A stretch of DNA of 64,000 nucleotides from Macrostomum lignano (Eukaryota): NCBI GenBank assembly GCA_002269645.1, contig NIVC01002979.1, positions 30,207-94,206 on the forward strand, in the 5' to 3' direction. The notes below the pieces were generated by a model. The model saw nothing but the letters and a program-made list of their open reading frames with translations, had not been told where the DNA came from and made no database searches. A program made the translations under genes and the position numbers. Position 1 is the first letter of the stretch. Each line of letters opens with the position of its first letter. Below are positions 24,235-35,477 of this stretch, piece after piece.

Positions 24235-25600
24235 GTTTTCGTTTCTGCGAGTATATACATACAGAGGTAAATCTGTGAGCTATTAATTCAGGCATATACC
24301 ACGTCGCTTTGCCCCCAAAATCTCAAAAGAAATCTGCCGTGAGGCTAAATGCGCTGCAGGAAGAAAAAAGCATTGCGGGCAAATCTCGGCGGGCGATTCT
24401 CGTGCTCCTGCAATTCAGACCTGTGAGGGCCAACCCTCTTGTAATTGTTCAGGAGTCAGTGCATGGAATCCCTATGTTTATCTTATCAAGTTTTGAAGGC
24501 TTAGAAAGAAACGAAAAAGAGAAATGAGATTTCGATCTGCAGTTAGTTAGCATTTTAAGGATCAGTGGTTTTTTCATTTCAAAATTAATTAATTTTTTAA
24601 TGTTCTTGTACAAGACCTGTACTTTTGTGTAATGTTTGGAACTTTAAACTTGCTTGATAATGCAAAATCGGGAAAATAAAACGCACTTATTTCAACCATT
24701 GTGCACGTATTTCGATAGCTCACTGTCTCATATTTGCTATCTATAAACATTCGTAAATGTACGAGCCGAGCCTAAAACTCATCAGAAGGTTTTCGGTCCC
24801 GTGGAGGAACTCAATTTAGGTTTGAAATTTCATGACTGGAGTAGCAATTTAGCCTGAGCCTGGCTAATGGTGAAATCTACATCCGCTTAAGAGATTAATC
24901 CGATTCTTAAATCGCCAGATACTTTGGAGAATGCCTTGAGGAGGGCAATGCCCTGCTGCATCGGTGAGTTCTCAAGCTCAAGCAATGGTTTTAGATAGAT
25001 AAGCTACATTCAAGCAAAGGTGCGTGGAAAATATCCATATTAAGTGAGTGAGGGGGCGTATAGCATCGCTCTGGAGTGCCAGCGGCCCAGGCTCGATTCC
25101 AAGTGCAGTCACATTAATTTGGGGCTAAATTAGAATCTCGGCTTGAACCAACCCCCAGGGGGGGGGCATCACAAAGCCGAAAAATCGCGATTCCGAAAAG
25201 CACTTACCGTCATAAACCCGAAATATCATAACTCGGAAAGTCCTGCCAATTTCCAACACTATTTTGTTCTTCGGAGTTATGATATTTCGCGGTTATGATA
25301 GTTTGGGTTTGTGATGGGCGTTGCTAGTAATTTCTGAGTCATGATATTTCGGGTTCATGATGACGACCCCCCCCAAGGCACAGTGAAGTGTTTGCCTGTC
25401 TGATAAATGGCTACGAACTGTGTCAAAGTCTCAAATATGTTTTCAATATTTCATTTTGTACCAGCTGCGATTCTAACCTTACAAATATCCGGGAGGCAGG
25501 GTAGATTATCTGCTTTACCTGTAAGACCCTCTTTTTCTCTCTTATGATATTCGCGTACACTTGTCTATAGCGTGCTGATGCTGATGCAAGGACTACTTAA
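24235..25600 (+). CDS. Cluster of candidate short exons (24235-24266, 24919-24963, 25465-25500 or -25520, from 25571); reading frame ambiguous
   Basis: AG/GT pairs including GAG|GTAAAT and CG|GTGAGT; two phase-consistent translations exist; no homology. Confidence 0.25.
25058..25408 (+). mobile_element. tRNA-derived SINE copy (same family as 54416-54610), interrupted by a MITE
   Basis: GTGCCAGCGGCCCAGGCTCGATTCCAAGTGCAGTC..ATTAATTTG.GGCTAAATT and CAAGGCACAGTGA shared with the 54.4-kb copy. Confidence 0.75.
25158..25374. mobile_element. About 217-bp palindromic MITE-like insertion, G-run/C-run ends
   Basis: Imperfect terminal inverted repeats and internal inverted copies of CATAAACCCGAAATATCATAACTCGGAAA; absent from the second SINE copy. 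Confidence 0.65.
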
Positions 25601-26902
25601 GTACAAGGATGGGAAACTACGGAAAATTAAATTACGGAGACAGAAGTTTTTATTAATCTCTTCAGCAGAGAAATTGTTACCGCTTTTGATAGACTACTGG
25701 GCAGACTCAATTTTGATCGTTTGATATGACGACTTACACTTCTTATAGCTCTATTGATATATTCACAAAGCTTTTCGTTTAGAAAATTATGTTAATTTTA
25801 TATCTTATACGTACAATATTACATGTGCATGTGCCTAAAAATCATAAAAAATGGCACAGCTCGATCCTCATTGGCTTTATGAATCTATTTTATCATTCTT
25901 AGCTTGATTACTGTAACAAAACAATGAGATCAATTAGATCATTCTATTCTAAATAGATTTTTGTGCTGAAAAATGAATTAAAACATCCTATCTCCGTAAT
26001 GTATCCTTTCGGTAATACCTGTCTCCTAAAATTTTCTAGGAAGACGCAGTTTCTCGTTCTTCTACTTAAGTAGTCCAAGCGTGTTACTACGGGAGCGAAG
26101 TTTGATTGTTTCAAGGCTTGAATGTTTTGCCATGGTTACTTTAGAGAGATGGGGGGTCAGTTTCTGAGCCTTTCCCCAGTTCCTTCGAGGAGTTGCCATG
26201 CTCTTCGGGGCTTGGTCACCAGATTTGGGTGTGCCCTGGTCTCTGGCCCAGGAATTCGCGGTGCTCATTAATGCTTTCCGCCTGACTGCCTTCGCCTGTT
26301 AGCCGCCCTGCTCATCTCGCCGCCTCCGCCTTGTCTTAATCAGGAATTGGATTGGGGCTGCTTTTCATTGTGACTTCCATTATTGTTGTGCATGCTTTTG
26401 AGCTTTTATTATCAGACTAGCTTGAGTCAGCCTTTATACTATTTTTAATTGGCTCTGTCTCGCCCAGCTCCCTTTTGCTTTGCCTCTTTTAGGCTAACCC
26501 TACATAAATAGCGATGGCGATATGATGGAGCACGGGTGCATGAAGGGGCAAAGCAGCTCAGCGGCTGAGCACAACTAGCATAGCTGGCATTCATTTGGGG
26601 CTCGCACCCAGTAGAAACAGTAGTTTTTTGGTGGGCTTCATTTTGGAACATTAGCGTGAGGACGTTAAGAAGCGCGGGATGGACTCTTATATTAAATTTT
26701 ACTAGTAAGCACCAACAGAATCCAGAAGCCGCGCAGTTAGAACACTTAATTACCTGATTATTGATAAGTTTTATGCTTTTTACAGACAGTGTCTACAAAT
26801 TACATTTTACTGTTATATTTAATGTTTGTTTTGCCGGAACTGCCGAAAGCCAATGCAAAACATGCCAATCAGCATAAGTAGGCAAATATGTACATGTATA
26901 CA

Positions 26903-27760
26903 TGTAACTATTCGGTGCTGACGCCAGATGGACTGTCGGACCAATGCAGCACGTCGTCAGGCGTGCTGCAGGGTGACACTCTGGCGCATTTCCTGGACGA
27001 CAACTTCCTGCTGAAAAGACGCACAAGTCGGCGGCGACATCATCCAGAGAAGCGGCTCTTCGTTCTCGGCTACGCGGACGATCTTGCGCTGCTATCATGA
27101 AGGCGCCCATCGGCTGCTGGATGGCCTGACGGCAGCAGCATCGCGAGTCGGTCTCAAACTGAACGCACAGAAGACGGTAGTCTTCACGGTGCCCTCCGAC
27201 TTGCCTGCCGAGATCAATTGGGCTGCACTTCGATCTGTGCGCTCCGTGCTCCATTCTGAGGCCCTGGATGACGGGCTCAGGACTCGGCTGTTTCAGGTAG
27301 TCGTTGAGACTGTCTTATTTTACAACGCCGAGACCTGGACCCTGACGGACGCCTTGCAGAGACAGCTGGACGCTGCGCATGCGGCCCTCGGAGTGCACAG
27401 CGGTCCAGGCAGCGAGACCAATGCCGCGCTCTACGCAAGGGCGCGCCTGATGCGGCTTTTTGACCTGCTGCGCGGGCGACGACTTCGACTGGCAGGCCAC
27501 GTCATCCGGTCGGAGGCCCGCTGCCTGAGCCGCTTCCGAAGTTGTGCTGCTCAGGCTGCTCTCTGCTGCTGCAGGGACCGCGCAGGCGAGGCCAAGGGCG
27601 AACGGCGAGATACCCTGACTAGCTCTTGACTGATGTGCTGGCGCTCCGGACCAATCTGGGGGTGTGACTTTTGTGCCCAAAGACGCGCTCTCTAGCTGAC
27701 CCCCCTCCCTTCTGGCCACTGAGTGGCTAGCGGGTGAAGTTCTTTATTGTTGTTGTTGTC
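26903..27760 (+). mobile_element. 5'-truncated, decayed RTE-type non-LTR retrotransposon (reverse transcriptase C-terminal part)
   Basis: SGVLQGDTLA and LGYADDLALLS RT motifs, then GLKLNAQKT, VETVLFYNAETWTL, RRLRLAGHV after a frameshift; internal deletions; (TTG)n tail near 27750. Confidence 0.88.
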
Positions 27761-28521
27761 GTAGAACTATTATTTATGGACAAGTCGTGGTACCTCGCGG
27801 TTTAGGCTACTGGTTTTCTATTAGCTGCTTAAGGATTTTACTAGTGGATTATTATCTGCTGTACTGATTTGAGATTTCGGTAGTTTCGCTGCCACCAGGT
27901 TTCCTGCTTTCCCTAATTCTAGTACTTTAGATTAAAGAAGTGAGTCAGGACACCAAAGATTATAGTTAACAGTTGGAAATTTTTAATAATAAAGAGAATG
28001 CGTACAAAAGGTTATTTGTTTTGCTCTTACATTAATTCCCTTATTTCCTTATTCCCGTTATAGTGCTTGGGCAAGACTCCCAGTTTTAGAGGCAAGACTC
28101 CTCTGTGCAAGCCTAACCCTTATGTTTCCCTTCCTTACCACTTCTGCGTGAACTCTCTAAGTTAAACAGGAGAAGACACTCCAACGAAGCGTTTCTTTCC
28201 CAAGAGCCCAACTGCTCTGTATTTCTAAAGGAACCCCGATTTTATCCACTTACCCCCGCTCTAATTATTTCCCCGGGTTGAAACTACTGATAGTAGGGTA
28301 AAAGCATGTTTAAACCCACAAAATTTCCGTTTCTAAAATAATGCCCTACTACATTTAAATGTTACAGAATATTGAGTTCTGAACCGTGTGATGTCATACC
28401 GTTGGTAATTTAGGTGTTACGTGAAGATGTGAATGTGAAGATGTGAAGATTGTGAAGATAGAAAGAAGTACATGTGAAGATTATGTACTCGTATAATTAT
28501 TACAAACTGGTAATCATTTAG

Positions 28522-28725
28522 GTGCAAGATAGAGCCTCTTTCTTATTCACACAGAATCTCAAAACTGTGATCGATGTTATGTTCGTACGATCATGCACGA
28601 ATCTAGGAATTACCAAGCCATTTTTGTTCTACCAAGGGGATCAAAGAAATTCGCTACAGAGTACATGGGTGCATGTCCATGTCCACCTGGTGCCGCCGTT
28701 TGAATGGCCAGAATCTCCGCCCTGG
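28522..28725 (+). CDS. Candidate 204-nt phase-0 exon containing HVHVHLV (HIT-motif-like)
   Basis: TCATTTAG acceptor, TGG|GTAAAG donor, open frame; family assignment uncertain. Confidence 0.3.
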
Positions 28726-29731
28726 GTAAAGGCCAGTAACAAACGGAGTCAGAGCTGATGCATACACATGTATTCGAAGTGCTGGCATGAAATTTGGAGG
28801 CTTGCAAGGCCGCACTGAGGGCTGAGACGCAGTGCTGATTGGCGCACATGCAGGGCCGTGGCATCGCTAAAGTGGATCAGGAAACCATTAACCTCGATTT
28901 CTCACTCTCTCCGCTTACAGTCTCTCCGGCCACTCTTACCCTATCTCTTTATTCTTGATCTTTCTGCTCTTAACCTCTCTCTCTCACTCTCTCCGCTCTA
29001 CATCTCACCCGGCTCTTTATAGCTACCCTCCTCTCTCTACTCTTGACCTGATTGGTTGACGATGCCCATAATTATTAGAAATGGCGGCAGTCGATGGGGT
29101 CCTCTGAACTCCACATATATGCACGTGTACATTGCATGACTTCTGAGTCACGGATAAACAGTCTGAACTTGACTCGATTCATCATTTCCACTGTGTGCGT
29201 GCTTTTCCTATATGTACCTTCAAAAACCGCTTCGATCGATATGTATATGGACGCATTGTTTGTAAAATTGCACAAACTTTTTCAAACCTGTGAAAAACTA
29301 ATATAAAAAATTATTATTATCAAATGAAAGATAAAGTCGGAATTGGAAGTATATCGATAGAAACTTATTCAAATTTTATCTTTTTCGGTACAGGTTCATC
29401 GACAGGAGCTGTATGTAGCTACACTTCTAGACATGTACAGTATGTTTTGGTCATTTCTTGAATATCAATATGCTCGAAATCAGCGGCAAATTTTATAAAT
29501 GCCGCGTGGAAAAATGACTCGCCAGTGACTTAACCAACTCTTTTTGTTGAATATTCAAGTCAGCTTTAAATTTTGCTCAAGGACAACTGCATATCAAAGG
29601 ACACGGTTCATGGTCCTTGCGTTTTTTATGAGTGAGCTCACAACTCAGTGCCTAGGCCTATAGCCAAATACTACAATCGATTGATATATTAAAATAAAAT
29701 ATTAGATAAAAGAGTTTATATGTGGCTAGTT

Positions 29732-30193
29732 TATATGGGGTGCTTTCACAAGGTTGAAATTTCACAATGTCAAAAAGTAAATTATTTTACAAGGTCAAAA
29801 CTTCATAGAAATAAGGACTAAGGTCAAAATTTCACAACATCGAATCAAAAACTCTAGCAAAAGAGACTTCATAGGCCTAAGGTAAAAAATTCACGAGGTT
29901 GAAATTTCACAACATCAAAAACTTGAATAGGCCTAGCAGCCACTTTCATAGGGTTGACTTGAAACTTCATAAGCTTGAAATGTCACAATGTTGAAAACTT
30001 AATATAAAAAGAACTATGCAGTTAGTTTTCTACTTTGTGAAATTTTGACCTTGTGAAAGTTCAACCTTGTGAAGTTTCAACCTTGTGAAAGTGGTTGTTA
30101 TTTGAGTTTTTGACTTTGTAAAATTTTGATCTTGTGAAAGAAGCTGCTTTTGATGTAAAATTTCAAGTTTGTGAACCCTCTCCCCCATTTATA
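29732..30193. mobile_element. Foldback/MITE-like element with TA-containing ends and internal 14-15-bp sub-repeats in opposite orientation in each half
   Basis: Left TATATGGGG..TTCACAAGGTTGAAATTTCAC vs right GTAAAATTTCAAGTTTGTGAA..CCCCATTTATA; TTCACAAGGTCAAAA motifs on left, TTTTGACCTTGTGAA on right. Confidence 0.75.
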
Positions 30194-32274
30194 TTTTTGT
30201 TATAAAAAAAAATTGTTGTTAAACCATTGGCATTTTTTGGCATTAGAATTTAGAGTTAGATAACACCATTAGGTAATTTGATTCACTTGTTTACCAATCT
30301 TTTGTAACTTTGTAAGAAGTTTATTTTTACTTTATAGTACCTTTAGTAGCCATTTAAAATTTCAAATCACTTTGATAACCTCTTTGTGTTAGTTGAAAAG
30401 ATAGAAAAGCAAAGACAATCTATTATGAAGTTTGTTTTTTAGATAAAAGTGCAAAATTCCTGCATGTTCTATGTTAATATTAACAGATTAATGTAACCAT
30501 GCTCTAGTCACAGGATATGGCAACAGAAATTTTTCAAAACCTCCAATCACCATGCACCCTCCTGAGCAAAGCCGTCAATACTGGGCTAGGTCTTTGACCA
30601 GGCCTGCTGACTCCCACTCTGCTGCACTCCCTGCTGCCTCAGCTCTGTCTCCCATGCTGCCATACATGCCTTTCCAAAGCCTATCTCTTTCTATACCTCC
30701 CCTGCTACTCTATCTCCTATGCACTCAACCCTATGCATTGTGTACTTTTCTCAAACCCCCTCTTTTTTGTCTCTTTTTGCATTGTTTTTCTGCACTGTCC
30801 CTCATTTGGTACCTATTTACAGTACTTTGTGCACTCACCATCACCCTATCCCTTATCAAACTCCCAAACGGTGATGCAAGTCTTGTGACCCTTCTTTCCC
30901 CTCGATGACTCATTGATGACTCATCACCCTCTCTTGTGTAACATTTTCTCATGCCATTGTTCTCCTCCCCAAATTTCTCATGCCTCATGCAAAATCATGA
31001 GAAATGATTTCAAATTTCTTCTGCCCAACCTCTGCTTCTATTGTTCTTGTTTTTGACTTTTTTGTTCTCCTTTTTGCTCCAAATGATCACATTTCCTCCA
31101 GTTTTCTCTTTCTTTTGTTCTTGTTTTTGCACCCAATTAACACCTTTTCTGCAATGTTTACTTTTCTATTGTTCTCGATTCTCCCCAATTATCCCCGATT
31201 TCCACTTCTTTTGTTCTCAACCCCAGCCCTATTGTTCTTAATCTTTGCTTGCACAACACTTTGCAACCTCCCGCTGCGCCAATTATCCCCTCACCCCTCC
31301 TCTGGATTGTGCAATTTTCCCATTTCTCATGTTGCTATGCTGTTCTCATGCTTCTCATCATGACTCATTCTGACATCATTCTGCTGGCAGCCAATCAGAG
31401 AGAGGGAGTCATGGAAACAACCTTGGAGTGGCGGCTAAGAAGGCTATATAAGGAAGCAGTTTTGGCATGAGAATCCTAAGTCGGCTTTTGTCTTGTCCCT
31501 ATTGTGAACTTGCTGTCAGACCTTGATTGGACCTATTTTTCTATAGGACAAACCTCTGCCAGTCTATAGTCTGTTACTGCCAAGTTATCTTCAGCTCCCC
31601 AAGTGAACTCAACTGCCAGTCCATGGTCTGTCACCGCCAATCATCTTCAGCATTGCCTGAACTACATCAGCGCCTCATTGCTTCAGCGCATTGCCCCTTC
31701 ACTGTCTGCCCAACTGCAGCCAACCGTCGCCCACAGTCACTCCATTGTTCTCTCTTTCTCTCTCTTTGTGCAGCCGCCGGTAAGTTCCTGTTACTAACTT
31801 GTGCTCTGATTGCCTTGCTTATCTAGGGTTTGCCTATTTTCCATTGCTTAATTTGAGAGCTAAGCCAATTGTGATACCATATCTTTTGCTGTATTTATTC
31901 AATAGTGAAGCTCCCTAATTGCCAGATTATTTTTTGCCTAAGGGCCTAATTATTAACCATTACTAAACTCCTCATTATTCACTCTTTCACCAGCATTTCA
32001 TTCATGGCTTGCTAAGCCTTTCTCCTTGGGTGGCAAAGGATAAGGAAGTTTGAGTAAGTTAATGACCTCTCCCCATGCAAAGCCCACCTGTGTGTGTGTG
32101 CTGCGGGTCCGAGTGTGCCTGCAGTAGAGGGGATTAGCGACTTGGCACAGAATGGCAATAGGAAGTTTGCAACCCCATGCTGATGCGTCCCTTTGCCCTG
32201 AGAAATCTAAACTATAGACAGTTCATATTTGCCTTACATTACTCTTAGTAATTGAAGCTGCAAGTCAGCACCAC

Positions 32275-32700
32275 TCACAGCCACAAAGGATCCCCTACTG
32301 AGAAATCCTCCAGATTGAGCCCAGAGTTCCCAATCATGCCCCAAGCAGAGTCCCTGTACTTGGCTATATGTGTCTCCCCTGTTAGCCTATATCCCCTGGT
32401 AACCAATCCAGGCAGGGCTCTAGCCTCGAGAGGTCTGGTAGTAAGATCTAGGTGCGCCAGGTCACATAGAGTAGTGGCAGCCACTCGGTCATGCTATAAC
32501 CAAGTGACCAACTATTGCACCTTGGCTACAGGTGGGGTCCATGTAGGTCCTTGGCCCTCTGGTCACAAAAGTGCTACCAAAGCTATTAATTATGTAGGCA
32601 GGACAGTCTGGTGCTGGAGGTCCATCAGGTCATTGCCCAGTCATAGGCAGCCTATGGTCATTGCCCCCACTGGTCATGCATTCGTCTCCCAGCAGAGCAG
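32275..32700 (-). pseudogene. Decayed reading frame of unknown origin within a CpG-depleted island
   Basis: About 140 codons at about 50% GC with six internal stops (3 TGA, 1 TAA, 2 TAG), each one C-to-T step from CGA/CAA/CAG; 3' 69 codons open. Confidence 0.4.
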
Positions 32701-34261
32701 ACAGGCGACAAGGGTAGTTACATCAAGATTAATTCTTATTAACAATTATTAGTTAATTTTCAGTTAACTTAACGAAATTAATAGTTAAAAAGTTAAGATT
32801 TTTTGTTTTAATGCTAGGCCTAATGCTTTTGCCTTTATTGGAAGTTAAAAATGTTTAATAATGGTGCCTAATATTGCTTGTGATCATAAGATTAATAAGA
32901 CCAATTGTATATATATAATTTATAACAAGTGCAACTAAGTTATGAATATTTGGCATAAAATGACACCCCATGCTCTGATATGGGCCATGCAATACTATTA
33001 TTATATATCCTATCATTATGCCTAAAGCCATGTCAATGCATACTAACTTTTTATATAAACCTAATATAAACTGGAAAATGCTAAGTGTGAATAATTTCTT
33101 CTAGAGTGTGGTATACTAGCAAAATTTGGCATTTAGTAAGCAATCTTCTATAAGCAAATTTCCTGTTGGCAACTTTCATGCTCCAAATTTGTTAATATAA
33201 ATATATAAATAAGCATGCAAATGTACAAACACTCTTAGTTCTAGATATATAGCTTAGAGGTATATCCAAGGGGAGAGGGCAAGGGGCCATGGCCTTCCCC
33301 CTTTAGCTGCAGCCAAAAAATTGTTAAGCAACTATTCTAGGTCTATTTTAAAATTTTGAGTTTTAATGCTTGGAACTTGCCTTCCCCTCAAAAATTTTCA
33401 AGATCTATGCCTAGTATAGCTACATAAAATACCATGAATATTTTTATAGTTAAACTTGTAATTTACCTTTATTCATTTTTTCTATGAATAATAGCAATAG
33501 AACTTGGCTTTTGAATTAGAATTTAATTATTTCTCAAGTTGAAGATTTTTAACATGTTTGACCTTTTGGAAAAAGTTGCTAAATGGCAAATGAATGTCTA
33601 GCACATTTTAAAAATGATCTTGCAATGGGGTGCATTTTCTGTGAGATGGCACCTGGTGCAATGCAGCGCAGTGTAGCACTTGGCCTGGTGCTTAGAATCT
33701 ATGTACAAATGACCTTGTACAAAATGGGCTAAATGTCAAAATGTCATTTGGCATGCTCTGCGTAACAGTGCTGTTTTGTTGGTATGCCACCACTGCCAGA
33801 GCAATGCAGAGTGCCAAAAAGTGCTAGCACTTGCTGACCCCTTGATGCAGCCTATGTACCTTGGAGAGTGACTTGGAGAGTGCTGGACCCTTGATATATA
33901 TCTGGGCATTTTCAGAAATGATTCCAATAGGGCATGTTTGTTTATGCCGATATATCAGTTGATTTCCTTATGCATGCCAAGATGAGCCATGTAAACTCTT
34001 ATAAAGTCCTATTCACTTCTATAAAAACAAAATAAGCCTTTAGGGATTTCTTGCACAAAGATTAATGGAAAGGCTAAGGCAAAAAGCATATTAATTATTA
34101 TATAATAATTATACTAGTTAGGATTTTTTTATGTATTCATAAAGTATAAGTAGCAATTTAGTTGTCTTAGGCCTAGTATTTGTTTTTAACCAGTCTTTCA
34201 ATGATCTAAACCAACTTATTTTACTCTCGTATTAGTCGTCTAAAGCTGCCAGTCCTTTACT

Positions 34262-35345
34262 AAGCAACCATCTGAAACCACTCCTTCATTAAGAATTTGA
34301 GCAACCATCTGAAACCTGTCCTTCATTGAGAATTTGAGCAGCCATCCAAAACCAGTCCTTCATTGAGAATTTGAGCAGCCATCCAAAACCAGTCCTTCAT
34401 TAAGAATTTGAGCAACCATCTGAAAATAGTCCTTCATTGAGCAACCATCTGAAACCAGTCCTTCATTAAGAATTTGAGCAACCATCTGAAAATAATCCTT
34501 CATTGAGCAACCATCTGAAACCAGTCCTTCATTGAGCAACCATCTGAAACCAGTCCTTCATTGAGCAACCATCTGAAACCAGTCCTTCATTGAGCAACCA
34601 TCTGAAAACAGTCCTTCATTGAGCAACCATCTGAAACCAGTCCTTCATTGAGCAACCATCTGAAAACAGTCCTTCATCGAGCAACCATCTGAAAACAGTC
34701 CTTCATTGAGCAACCATCTGAAACAGTCCTTCATTGAGCAACCATCTGAAAACAGTCCTTCATTGAGCAACCATCTGAAACCTGTCCTTCATTGAGCAAC
34801 CATCTGAAACCAGTCCTTCATTGAGCAACCATCTGAAACCAGTCCTTTATTGAGCAACCATCTGAAACAGTCCTTCATCGAGCAACCATCTGAAAACAGT
34901 CCTTCATTGAGCAACCATCTGAAAACAGTCCTTCATTGAGCAACCATCTGAAAACAGTCCTTCATTGAGCAACCATCTGAAACAGTCCTTCATTGAGCAA
35001 CCATCTGAAAACAGTCCTTCATTGAGCAACCATCTGAAACAGTCCTTCATTGAGCAACCATCTGAAAACAGTCCTTCATTGAGCAACCATCTGAAACCAG
35101 TCCTTCATTGAGCAACCATCTGAAAACAGTCCTTCATTGAGAATTTGAGCAACCATCTGAAACCAGTCCTTCATTGAGAATTTGAGCAACCATCTGAAAC
35201 CAGTCCTTCATTGAGAATTTGAGCAACCATCTGAAACCAGTCCTTCATTGAGCAACCATCTGAAACCAGTCCTTCATTGAGAATTTGAGCAACCATCTGA
35301 AACCAGTCCTTCATTGAGAATTTGAGCAACCATCTGAAACCTGTC
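34262..35345. repeat. 29-30-bp minisatellite (GAGCAACCATCTGAAACCAGTCCTTCATT) with 38-bp variant at both ends
   Basis: Tandem units. Confidence 0.96.
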
Positions 35346-35477
35346 CTCCAACCAGCTTGTACGTACAACTGAATAAAATTCCATAAAAAATTCAACTGCC
35401 AAGTCTAAAGCTGTGCCAACAATAAAAATTGCAGAATAAATATTCAGTCAAACTACAAAACAGTTGTTACAAATACA

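Noticed and set aside
33600-33960. BED-finger/hAT transposase remnant (YWNHF*KC)
   Set aside because: Similarity too short and interrupted by stops to call; kept only as part of the CpG-depleted island
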